DNA of 45,517 nt. Origin: an uncultured Candidatus Poseidoniales archaeon (GTDB lineage Archaea; Thermoplasmatota; Poseidoniia; Poseidoniales; Poseidoniaceae). The notes under the pieces were generated by a model. That model had not been told where the DNA came from. It worked only from the letters and a program-made list of their open reading frames with translations, and ran no database searches. Positions 17,251 to 25,591 of this stretch are shown here, piece after piece; position 1 is the stretch's first letter; each line of letters begins with the position of its first letter. The position numbers and the translations under genes are program-made. The stretch spans positions 1 through 45,517 of the forward strand of contig CAZEXE010000008.1 of assembly GCA_964516645.1 (NCBI GenBank), read 5' to 3'.

Positions 17251-18144
17251 TCATGCACCCCAATTTCGACAAGGCCATTCCATGATTGCATTTCCAGTCC
17301 CAATGATGGTTCCATAACCATGCAAGATTGCAGGCTCGCTAGGTGTTCCCATCGCAGATAACAACCAAGTCAATGCTCCCCCATCTGCTTCAGCAATCGC
17401 TTGTTCGCAGAACTCCGGCATTTCATTGATAATTTGCTGAGAATTGCCCTGTCGCATCATCTCAATCATTCTCATATCCCACAAATGCATTGCATGACTT
17501 GTAATGTGCTCTTTGCTCATATCCTCGGGAGGATTTGTCTCGGTTACGAAGTGGCGGTGAGATAGTGAATTACTTGCCAATAGCAGACATTTCTTGCCAC
17601 TCTGCTCAATCGCCTTGGCGGTAGAACGTCCAAGTTCAATCATCATCTCTTGCATGACTTCAACTGAATAGTAGGAAAGACTACGATTGGAAGAGATGGA
17701 GACTATCGGTTTATCCCATTCAGGCCGAACCATATGACACGATACAATCGTGCCATAATCAACTCTAAAATCAGGATTGTTCATCATCTTGACAGACATT
17801 CCCTCCGACTTGGCTTGATCGTGGATTGCTTTAGCAAGTTCAACATCGATTGTAATATCATAATTGAATCTGAACAGATTTGGGAATACTGGATCTACAC
17901 TCTTTGAAGAACACTTCTCAACCCCAACAAAATGAGTCCCCACATATGTTTGCCAATGTGGAGAAAGGACCACGATAACATCGTAGTCCACATCTTTAAG
18001 CGAATCTCTCAGTCTTTCATATCCCCAACGCAATTGTTCCCAACCGCCTTCAGAAACAGGCTCATTTTGCTCTGGATTCTCCGCATAAACCAGATGTGGC
18101 GGGTGCGGGGCAAGACAGCCAGCGACTATACCTCCCTTCGCCAT
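17251..18144 (-). CDS. LigB-family class III extradiol ring-cleavage dioxygenase, catalytic (beta-like) subunit
   Basis: 297 aa. The N-terminal CLAPHPPHLV, then VVLSPHWQ and SNSLSHRHF, match the conserved His-containing motifs of LigB/AmnB-type enzymes. Confidence 0.78.
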   Translation of the reverse strand: MAKGGIVAGCLAPHPPHLVYAENPEQNEPVSEGGWEQLRWGYERLRDSLKDVDYDVIVVLSPHWQTYVGTHFVGVEKCSSKSVDPVFPNLFRFNYDITIDVELAKAIHDQAKSEGMSVKMMNNPDFRVDYGTIVSCHMVRPEWDKPIVSISSNRSLSYYSVEVMQEMMIELGRSTAKAIEQSGKKCLLLASNSLSHRHFVTETNPPEDMSKEHITSHAMHLWDMRMIEMMRQGNSQQIINEMPEFCEQAIAEADGGALTWLLSAMGTPSEPAILHGYGTIIGTGNAIMEWPCRNWGA

Positions 18145-18200
18145 AACCAGACCAAACGGTTCCGCATCTTCTATTCATCGGCTACGCTTGGCCCCAATAC

Positions 18201-18611
18201 ATGGAAGAAAGGGGTGACCTGAAACTGCGACACGTCGTATGGCCTTCAGTATTCGCAATATGCCTTGTATCTGGAAGTGTTTTGTTACTTGATGAGAATA
18301 AATTTCCTCCAATGATAATTGCATTGCTAGCCGCAGTTCCTTTTGCACCACTTCTAGGCAAAATCACAAACTCGGGAGACCTGAAAGAACATGCTATCGG
18401 CATCACAGTTGTTTGTATCCCCATGGCGGGATTTTGGGCACTAGGTCCAAATTACTTCAACATCGCAATTCCATTTCTAATTTGGATATGGCAATGTGCA
18501 TCTTGGTCTAAACAAAACCATCCACCATTCAGATATGGAATCTGGCACGGATTTGGAATCGCTTCCTGTATTCTTCCAGGAGCGATGCTAATCGCAGCAC
18601 TAACTCAGTAG
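18201..18611 (+). CDS. Small integral membrane protein (about 4 TM), function unknown
   Basis: 136 aa with clear amphipathic/hydrophobic segments: [58 protein letters not shown] and [17 protein letters not shown]. It is the only plus-strand gene in a long minus-strand block. Confidence 0.5.
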   Translation: MEERGDLKLRHVVWPSVFAICLVSGSVLLLDENKFPPMIIALLAAVPFAPLLGKITNSGDLKEHAIGITVVCIPMAGFWALGPNYFNIAIPFLIWIWQCASWSKQNHPPFRYGIWHGFGIASCILPGAMLIAALTQ

Positions 18612-19420
18612 GATTCCTCTTGGTTAGGGAAATCTCCACTTCGTACATCCTCGCAGTATTGTTCGACTGCTCCGGTAATCTTGCCTTCTAAATCGAGATA
18701 TCTACGCAAAAACCTCGGGCTAAAATCGGTGGTAATTCCAAGCATGTCGTGCAATACGAGAACTTGACCATCACAATCTTGGCCGGCTCCAATTCCAATA
18801 GTTGGAATCGATAATTCCTCGCTTACTCTCTTTGCTAGATGTGCTGGAATCTTTTCTAGAACTATGGCAAAGCACCCCGCTTCTTCCAATAACTTGGCAT
18901 CTGAGATTAGTTTTGCAGCCTCTTCTTCCTCTTTGGCTCGAACGGTGTAGGTTCCAAATTTGTAAATCGATTGAGGAGTAAGACCGAGATGCCCCATTGC
19001 TGGAATTCCTGCAGATAATATTCTCTGAATGCTTTCCCCAATCTCTGCTCCACCTTCCAGTTTTACAGCATGGCCACCGGATTCTTTCATAATCCGAATT
19101 GCGCTCTCAAGCGCAATAGCTGAATTTCCTTGATATGAACCAAATGGCATGTCCACAACAATTAGTGCACGATCTACCGCTCTCTCAACACATTGTGCAT
19201 GGTAAATCATGTGTTCAAGGCTCATTGGCAGAGTCGTATCTTGACCCGCCATAACATTCGAAGCAGAATCTCCAACCAAAATTACGTCAACACCGCCTCG
19301 GTCAACCAACTTGGCGAGGCTATAATCATACGCGGTTAGCATTGTGATTTTCTCACCTGCTCTCTTCATTTCTTGAAGAGTATGAGTAGTCACTTTGCGA
19401 GCGTTTGCATGTACCGACAT
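18605..19420 (-). CDS. panB: 3-methyl-2-oxobutanoate hydroxymethyltransferase (ketopantoate hydroxymethyltransferase)
   Basis: 271 aa. PanB motifs present: [32 protein letters not shown] and GHLGLTPQS. Confidence 0.92.
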   Translation of the reverse strand: MSVHANARKVTTHTLQEMKRAGEKITMLTAYDYSLAKLVDRGGVDVILVGDSASNVMAGQDTTLPMSLEHMIYHAQCVERAVDRALIVVDMPFGSYQGNSAIALESAIRIMKESGGHAVKLEGGAEIGESIQRILSAGIPAMGHLGLTPQSIYKFGTYTVRAKEEEEAAKLISDAKLLEEAGCFAIVLEKIPAHLAKRVSEELSIPTIGIGAGQDCDGQVLVLHDMLGITTDFSPRFLRRYLDLEGKITGAVEQYCEDVRSGDFPNQEESY

Positions 19421-19457
19421 GTGCTTGCCTCCAACAGTCCGACAGGTATCTCAGACT

Positions 19458-20837
19458 TCAATCTTCCATGACACAAATATTGACCGCTTCTGAGAAGAAA
19501 CCGACAGACCACAGCCCTCCTTCACGACCAACGCCACTATCTTTGACGCCTCCGAAAGGAACTCGCAAATCTCGGTGCAACCAAGTGTTAACCCATACCA
19601 TTCCAGTTTCTATTCGCTCGGCTACTTCTCGCCCTCTACTCTTCGACCAAACACTTCCTGCAAGCCCATACTGCGTGCAATTTGCCATCTCTATTGCTTC
19701 CTCGTCTGTTTCGAATTTGTGAATCGTTACAACTGGTCCAAAGATTTCCTCGGTAGATGTTCTCGAAAGGTGTGATAAGCCAGCAATAACGGTGGGCTCT
19801 ATCCAAGCGCCTACTCGATTAGGGACTCCACCGCCTGCAAGGATTTCACCGCCTTCTTGCTTAGCCAATTCGATGTATGACAGCACCTTTGCCCGATGGT
19901 CTTCACTAATTACAGGCCCAATCTCAAAACTCTGCAATTCTTGCAGATACCTTGCTATGAATTCATCGTAAATTGAAGAATGAATCAACACTCTCGAACC
20001 GCAAAGACAGATTTGTCCTGAATTAAGGAAAGAGGCACGCAACACTCCTGGAACTGCAACATCTAAATCTGCATCATCGAGAATGATTGAAGCGTTTTTG
20101 CCGCCCAATTCAAGACTTAACTTCTTGAACAAAGGTGCTGCGGTTGCTGCTACAATTTTACCGGTTGATGTGCCCCCTGTAAATGAAATCGCTTTGATAC
20201 TAGGGTGCTCGACAATAGCTTGTCCTACTTCGGGGCCATATCCATTAACGATGTTCAAAACACCGGCAGGTAATCCGATTTGGGTGCAAATTTTCCCAAG
20301 TAAATGTGCAGTAAGAGGTGTGATTTCGCTTGGTTTTGCGATAACCGTGTTACCCATCAACAAAGCAGGAGCAATTTTCCATGAAATCAAGTATAGCGGC
20401 AGGTTCCAAGGTGAAATCAAGCCCACAACACCTATCGGTTTTCGTAGAACATAATTGGTCGCATCTGCCATTTCAAATTGCTGTGATTCAAGCGAGCGCC
20501 CAAATTCAGCAAAAAACCTGAAGTTGTTTACCGAGCGATTCGCGTCAACATTCAATGCTACTGCAAGCGGTTTGCCTGTATCCAAAGATTCTAGGCGTGC
20601 GACTTCATCGATTTGGTCTTCTAGAGCGTCAGCAATTTTGTCCAACCACGCACAACGTTCCTCAATGCTTAATCCACTCCATGAAGGAAATGCTTCTTCT
20701 GCAGCCTCTACAGCATCATCAACGCTTTTTGTTCGAGGGATTTGAGCAATAATAGAATAATCAAGCGGGGATATATCATCAAAATATTCGTCCAATGTGA
20801 CGAATTTCCCTCCAATAAGATTCTCGACTTGAATCAT
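19458..20837 (-). CDS. NAD(P)+ aldehyde dehydrogenase, ALDH8 / 2-hydroxy(amino)muconic semialdehyde dehydrogenase-like
   Basis: The likely start is ATG 20837 (MIQVENLIGGKFV), overlapping the upstream stop as ATGA. Motifs present: SPWNLPL, catalytic LELGGKNA and GQICLCGSR, EEIFGPV, and the NFRFFAEF motif I associate with the XylG/DmpC/AmnC/ALDH8 group. Confidence 0.88.
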   Translation of the reverse strand: MIQVENLIGGKFVTLDEYFDDISPLDYSIIAQIPRTKSVDDAVEAAEEAFPSWSGLSIEERCAWLDKIADALEDQIDEVARLESLDTGKPLAVALNVDANRSVNNFRFFAEFGRSLESQQFEMADATNYVLRKPIGVVGLISPWNLPLYLISWKIAPALLMGNTVIAKPSEITPLTAHLLGKICTQIGLPAGVLNIVNGYGPEVGQAIVEHPSIKAISFTGGTSTGKIVAATAAPLFKKLSLELGGKNASIILDDADLDVAVPGVLRASFLNSGQICLCGSRVLIHSSIYDEFIARYLQELQSFEIGPVISEDHRAKVLSYIELAKQEGGEILAGGGVPNRVGAWIEPTVIAGLSHLSRTSTEEIFGPVVTIHKFETDEEAIEMANCTQYGLAGSVWSKSRGREVAERIETGMVWVNTWLHRDLRVPFGGVKDSGVGREGGLWSVGFFSEAVNICVMED

Positions 20838-21949
20838 ACATCCACCTCGTAATGCCATCGGTCTCGATCTGGGTCCCATTCATCCCAAGTCGGTATAGTT
20901 TCCAAAATTTCGTGGAGTGAATCGGGAACGATTCCCGAAACAATGAATGCCTTTTGTCTGTGCAAGGGGTAAGGATTTCTCAATTCTATTCCTAGGCAAC
21001 CTAAGATTGCTCTAGCAAGATACCAAGTGGCTTGAGAATTCCAACCGTGAGCAATTTTCACTACTATTCCTAATCCCTTAGGATAATCGGGATGTTCAAT
21101 CGCCATACCTAGCAGGCCATCTGCGCCTTCTTTTGCGATGACTTTACCATTTCCTATCTTCAATATTGTAGAATCTAAACGATTGAATCCGCCTACCAAA
21201 TCAGGGTGTTTGCACATTGCCTCCCAAATCCAATCCTCATCCTTGTCTCGAACTAAGCCAGCGTATATTATTGCAAGTTCTGAAACCGTGTTTGATACCG
21301 TAGGGAGGCCACATCCATCCTTGGCAATTCGTAACGGATTCCAATCTTCACCAAGGAATCTTCTCAGTTGGCCCATGTATGCGCGGAAAACCTCGTGTGT
21401 AGGCAATGTGTATCCTGCTCGATTCCAACCTTTTGCCCGACAACCTGCTAGAATTGCTGCGTGTTCGCCACTGCATGTATGATACCAACGCCTTGGTCTT
21501 CTGACTTGACGCCCAAATTGGATTAGTGGAACATCTACGGGCGTGAGCATCAAAGGCCATTCGGCTTCTGTGAGCAGAGATTGTGCTGCTGCAACGTGTT
21601 CTGTATCGCCATTATGACTCGCGACTGCAATCGCCTTTTGCTCCCAAGTATGATTCTCTAACTCTTTGGTGAACGCTTTCAACATGAATGGCTTCATCAT
21701 TGATCTTCCATAACATAGTACATTTCCGCCAAATGAATGGATTACTTCATCACCGTGACACCACGCTACTGCACCATGAATTGTGGTTTCAGATACACCG
21801 TTTCTTCTGTAATCGACAAGAGGTTCCCACTCAACATCACGGCCGGTGGGAATTCCCTCTACATCTTCCCCCAAAGGAGAATCGGGATAGATTGCAGAAC
21901 CTGGTTTGCCAGGTGCAACCGCAGAATTATTGTCGTGTCTTAGCCCCAA
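20834..21949 (-). CDS. Asparaginase_II-family (Rhizobium-type L-asparaginase II-like) protein, possible amidohydrolase
   Basis: 371 aa. Motifs present: TIHGAVAW..GD, YGRSMMKPFM (the family's RSxxKPxQ-like motif), ASHNGDTEHV, and CSGEHAAILAGC (the family CSGKH-like motif). The start is TTG at 21949, with GGGGTGA (rc of 21954..21960) 4 nt upstream. Confidence 0.7.
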   Translation of the reverse strand: MGLRHDNNSAVAPGKPGSAIYPDSPLGEDVEGIPTGRDVEWEPLVDYRRNGVSETTIHGAVAWCHGDEVIHSFGGNVLCYGRSMMKPFMLKAFTKELENHTWEQKAIAVASHNGDTEHVAAAQSLLTEAEWPLMLTPVDVPLIQFGRQVRRPRRWYHTCSGEHAAILAGCRAKGWNRAGYTLPTHEVFRAYMGQLRRFLGEDWNPLRIAKDGCGLPTVSNTVSELAIIYAGLVRDKDEDWIWEAMCKHPDLVGGFNRLDSTILKIGNGKVIAKEGADGLLGMAIEHPDYPKGLGIVVKIAHGWNSQATWYLARAILGCLGIELRNPYPLHRQKAFIVSGIVPDSLHEILETIPTWDEWDPDRDRWHYEVDV

Positions 21950-21953
21950 TATT

Positions 21954-23165
21954 TCACCCCAATAATGGTACTACTTCTCTCCACCATGCTTCCATATTTC
22001 GAATGACTCTATCACTATCGTGATTGAAGAAATCAAACCAACACATTAGGCGATCATCTGGATGAAATCTCTCCTTAACTTGTGCTGCTACCTCGGAAGG
22101 ATTGCCAATCAATGCATTGTCTGCTGCTTTCTCGACCTTTTTTGGGTCCAGAGTGCCCTCGAGTGCTTTCCAATACTCGCCCAGAGCAAGGCGCGCTTCT
22201 TCGTGAGCTGCAGCAGATTGTTCTTCAGGACTGAGGCCCTCCTCTGCATTAAGGAAAACGAATGTTGTGCGAGGCATGTCTCTTCTCTGCCATTCTCCTC
22301 CGTCTGAATGGTACAATTTACTCATTCTTTCATGAGTAGAATCAATGATTTCAGGAGAAGTAATTGAAAGGTTAAACACCTTTACTGGCAAGAACTTATT
22401 GACAAATTCTTGGGCTCTTGGGTCATGTGTTCCCGCAATCAATTCCAATTGATTTCGTGGCCATGATTTCGGAACGATTGAAATTTCTTCAAATTGATAT
22501 CGCCTGTCGATAGAAATTTCGCTAGGTTGGCCACCTGCTGCCTCTTGGACTGCTTGCCAGTCCTCATCTGAGCGGAAATTTTCTCTTGTCAAAATCGTCT
22601 CTCTAATCTCATCGGAATGTATTGTATCTCCTCTTAATAATCGCAAAAATATCTCACTTGCTTCCATGAAAATTTGACCCCTTAATGCTGGCCATGAAGC
22701 CTGTTCAATGGAATTTCTTGGGACTATTCCATATGGGCGGGCCATGAATTCAAATCTACCTGCGCTAAATCCAACATGCAATTTACGATTAGAATCCATG
22801 TGAGACAAAAACTGTACTGTATTTGCAATTCTCTCTGCTTGTGCAATTGGGCCTCCGCTTGCTAAAATGCTGACAACGGCTGACCCGACATCGATTCGCT
22901 TTGTCCTCCTGAATGACTCCAACGCTAATTGACAGAAATCAGTACAAAGTCCAACTTCTCCTTTCCAATGTGGTACAACGGGTTTGGAGTTGCTCTGCTG
23001 TGTTTGAGTGGATAAATGGGCTTGTGCTAGCCATGCTACACCGAAGCCTAAGCGGTCTGCTGCTTCTAATTGAGCATAATAATTTGCAAACATTTTCGAT
23101 TCACTTGGAGTGAATCCATTATGGTCTGGAGTCTGTGATATTGAGAAGAATATGTCGAACTCCAC
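21954..23165 (-). CDS. Luciferase-like (LLM class) flavin-dependent monooxygenase/oxidoreductase
   Basis: 403 aa with a GTG start. The N-terminus reads FDIFFSIS..., followed by EAADRLGFGVAWLAQAHL and SAGRFEF, and the C-terminus has LIGNPSEVAAQVKE. All are typical of the family. Confidence 0.75.
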   Translation of the reverse strand: MEFDIFFSISQTPDHNGFTPSESKMFANYYAQLEAADRLGFGVAWLAQAHLSTQTQQSNSKPVVPHWKGEVGLCTDFCQLALESFRRTKRIDVGSAVVSILASGGPIAQAERIANTVQFLSHMDSNRKLHVGFSAGRFEFMARPYGIVPRNSIEQASWPALRGQIFMEASEIFLRLLRGDTIHSDEIRETILTRENFRSDEDWQAVQEAAGGQPSEISIDRRYQFEEISIVPKSWPRNQLELIAGTHDPRAQEFVNKFLPVKVFNLSITSPEIIDSTHERMSKLYHSDGGEWQRRDMPRTTFVFLNAEEGLSPEEQSAAAHEEARLALGEYWKALEGTLDPKKVEKAADNALIGNPSEVAAQVKERFHPDDRLMCWFDFFNHDSDRVIRNMEAWWREVVPLLG

Positions 23166-23170
23166 CTAAT

Positions 23171-23191
23171 CCCTCTCCCTAAGGGAGAGGG
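23171..23191 (-). promoter_or_regulatory. Perfect hairpin CCCTCTCCC-TTA-GGGAGAGGG (as minus-strand RNA) whose 3' arm is the SD-like tract 5 nt upstream of the LLM GTG start
   Basis: It has a 9-bp stem and a 3-nt loop and sits in the 45-nt spacer between the TPR-like gene stop (23211) and the LLM start (23165). The 5' arm resembles the anti-SD CCUCC. It could act as an SD-sequestering structure or as a terminator/processing element. Confidence 0.45.
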
Positions 23192-23210
23192 GCTCGATGT
23201 ATCAACATCA

Positions 23211-24008
23211 CTATTCCGAGGTGAGTTTTGAGATACGCTCTCTAACCGGTTCTGGAACTGGTTCTCCGGCTTCCATAAACACAGTCATAATATCCGATAA
23301 TTGGACCATTGCCTCATCCGCCTGATTTGAAATTTCAGCTAAATCTGCTAATCCCCATCTCGCAACCAAAATTCCTGATAATTCTTGCAACTCAACCGCT
23401 ATGGCCAGTGAATCGATTAACAATGCTTGGGCTTGTTCCAATTCTCCTAACGAGGAATGTGAATGCGCTAAATCTGCAAGTGCTTCCATTCTGTCAAACT
23501 TCTCACTCTCAGGAATAATTTCCAATCGTTTCTGAAGGTGCATCTGACTTCGCTCAAAATCATCTTCCGACTTTGCAATATGCGCAAGGAGTGCATGCCC
23601 GTAGATCATTCCCTCCAAATCTTCAGCCTCTTCCCTCAACCGCATCGAACGATTGGCGAATAAGCCTGCATCATCGCTTCCCAGAGACAATAAAGAGACG
23701 TGATGAAAAATCCCTGCTGCAAGTCCTAGCAATCCTTCTTTCTCAGATTGAACTCCCAATCCGATTAACTCATCCTTGCTAGCACCTTGATGTTTCAGCA
23801 ATTCAAATTGGCACCAACCTTGGTCTTCTGGATTAGTGGAAATCTTTGCAGCATGGTCAAGTAATCGTCCTACTAATGCATCTCTTCCTAGTTCACGAGC
23901 CAAGTCGACCAGATGTAAGGCTAAACTTGTGTTCACTGATTCAAGACCTTCGCCCTCGGCAAACATCTCTAGAACTTCTTCCGCTTGCGATTGGTTCATT
24001 TCAGGCAA
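23211..24008 (-). CDS. Acidic all-helical TPR-like repeat protein, function unknown
   Basis: 265 aa, Leu/Ala/Glu-rich with helix-pair periodicity (for example ALADLAHSHSSLGELEQAQALLIDSLAIA). No catalytic motif was recognised. Confidence 0.55.
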   Translation of the reverse strand: MPEMNQSQAEEVLEMFAEGEGLESVNTSLALHLVDLARELGRDALVGRLLDHAAKISTNPEDQGWCQFELLKHQGASKDELIGLGVQSEKEGLLGLAAGIFHHVSLLSLGSDDAGLFANRSMRLREEAEDLEGMIYGHALLAHIAKSEDDFERSQMHLQKRLEIIPESEKFDRMEALADLAHSHSSLGELEQAQALLIDSLAIAVELQELSGILVARWGLADLAEISNQADEAMVQLSDIMTVFMEAGEPVPEPVRERISKLTSE

Positions 24009-24017
24009 ACAACCACC

Positions 24018-24803
24018 TCAAATTGAGCGCATTCTTCCGCCATCTACCGCAAGTGAAACGCCCCTGATTCCGCCAGAAATAGGCATGCACAAGTAGGCAA
24101 TTGCTGCACCGGTTTCAAGAGGATCAATCAAGCGACCTATCGGAACTTGAGACATCCATCCTGTTTGAATATCTTCGATACTCTTTCCAGTTTTCTGATT
24201 TATTGAAGCCGCAAGCGAGCCAAGTCGATCGGTGTCTGTGAATCCTGGAAGAATATTGTTAATTGTAATACATGGTGGTAATTCGCGTGAAAGTGATTTC
24301 GCCCAAGAGGCCATGGCACCGCGCAAAGTGTTTGAAAGGCCGATATTTGGAATCGGTTCCCTAACCGAAGTAGAAATGATGTTCACAATACGCCCCATTC
24401 CTGCCGACTCCATCAGTGGAACTACTCCCTTCACCATTGTATGGGCCGCGTGTAAATGCCGTTTGAAAGGAGCCTCAAAATCCTCTACTTCATTTTCGAG
24501 CAGAGGCCCTCCAGGTGGTCCCGCTGCATTGTTGATTAAGATGTGGCATTCTTCAATTGAAGAAATAAATTTACCAATTGCTTCTTGATTCTCTAAATCT
24601 AGGCTAATTGCTGTGTGTCCTTCCCCTTCAAGAGATGCAACCAAATCGTGTGGATTCCTACTAACTGCAGTAATTCTCGCACCCGCTTTTGCTAACATTT
24701 TTGCCGTAGCAGCCCCGATTCCTTTGGACGCCCCGCATACAATTGCATGCTTTCCAGACAATGCTGCCGAACTAAATGGGAAGTCATCTCCTAGCCAGTC
24801 CAT
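24018..24803 (-). CDS. Short-chain dehydrogenase/reductase (SDR) family protein with an atypical active-site region
   Basis: It has the Rossmann motif VCGASKGIGAAT and the NNAAG motif. By hand alignment the canonical YxxxK is replaced by S-N-T-L-R. The preferred start is ATG 24803 (MDWLGDD); the alternative at 24860 overlaps the upstream gene by 26 nt. Confidence 0.75.
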   Translation of the reverse strand: MDWLGDDFPFSSAALSGKHAIVCGASKGIGAATAKMLAKAGARITAVSRNPHDLVASLEGEGHTAISLDLENQEAIGKFISSIEECHILINNAAGPPGGPLLENEVEDFEAPFKRHLHAAHTMVKGVVPLMESAGMGRIVNIISTSVREPIPNIGLSNTLRGAMASWAKSLSRELPPCITINNILPGFTDTDRLGSLAASINQKTGKSIEDIQTGWMSQVPIGRLIDPLETGAAIAYLCMPISGGIRGVSLAVDGGRMRSI

Positions 24804-24834
24804 GTCAATGCCAAGCAGCGCTGGGTATTGAACC

Positions 24835-25590
24835 TTACAACCAATCGCGAATTGTCTCAACCTGAGTTAACCAATCATCACTCGCTACATCAATGATTGA
24901 AAAATGGTCACCAGGCAACCATATTTTTTGAATCTCAATACCCTTAGCTTTCATAGCACGTACATAAGATTCGGATTGTATCCATGGGACTTCAGTATCC
25001 GCTTTTCCATGCATCAAAAGCACAGAAGTTTGAGGAGGATTATCGATAGGATTGATTCTGCTCCAAACCGCTTCATTTCCTTCCGGCACACATCCAACCC
25101 ATCGTCGTACTGCATCTCCTTCATCAGATAAATTTGCATGATCTGCTGCCACTAAATCTGCAATTGGTGCTTGAGCGATGCACAGCCATGGTTTTCGCTC
25201 AGCAACTGCTGACATCAGTAATGCTAAATGGCCACCTGCTGAATGACCCATAATCATTGAACGGACAATATCAATCCCCGGCAACAAGGCAAGTTGTCCC
25301 CACGCTCTCATCACATCAGAGAGGGTATCCATCCATACTCCTTCATCTCCTAACTCCCAGCCTTTGAATTCAATATTCCAAGCAGCGATACCTTGCTCTG
25401 CTAAATCCTCTGCGATTGGCGCCATCAAATCCAAAGTGAATTTTTTCTTCCAAAATCCTCCATGTATCAACATGACACACGGGATGCCTTCATCCTTCTG
25501 ATAAGGCGAAGGCTCATCTGGCATGTACAAATCAGCGTACTGCCATTCCTCTGCACCCCACTGCATGCGGTCTACAGGCAAAGAAATCAA
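24835..25590 (-). CDS. Alpha/beta hydrolase, arylformamidase/esterase-like
   Basis: It has the oxyanion-region motif HGGFW, the nucleophile elbow GHSAGGHL, and later HGKADTEV and GDH. A TTG at 25590 lies 1 nt after the aspS stop; the alternative ATG is at 25566. Confidence 0.75.
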   Translation of the reverse strand: MISLPVDRMQWGAEEWQYADLYMPDEPSPYQKDEGIPCVMLIHGGFWKKKFTLDLMAPIAEDLAEQGIAAWNIEFKGWELGDEGVWMDTLSDVMRAWGQLALLPGIDIVRSMIMGHSAGGHLALLMSAVAERKPWLCIAQAPIADLVAADHANLSDEGDAVRRWVGCVPEGNEAVWSRINPIDNPPQTSVLLMHGKADTEVPWIQSESYVRAMKAKGIEIQKIWLPGDHFSIIDVASDDWLTQVETIRDWL

Positions 25591-25591
25591 C

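Noticed and set aside
17251-17321. The 71-nt overlap between the two LigB-family ORFs as a possible programmed frameshift or fusion site.
   Set aside because: An in-frame ATG at 17249, one nucleotide after the upstream stop, gives a normal N-terminus that aligns with the paralog's N-terminus (…VPAHPHP vs …APHPPH). No slippery sequence is evident.
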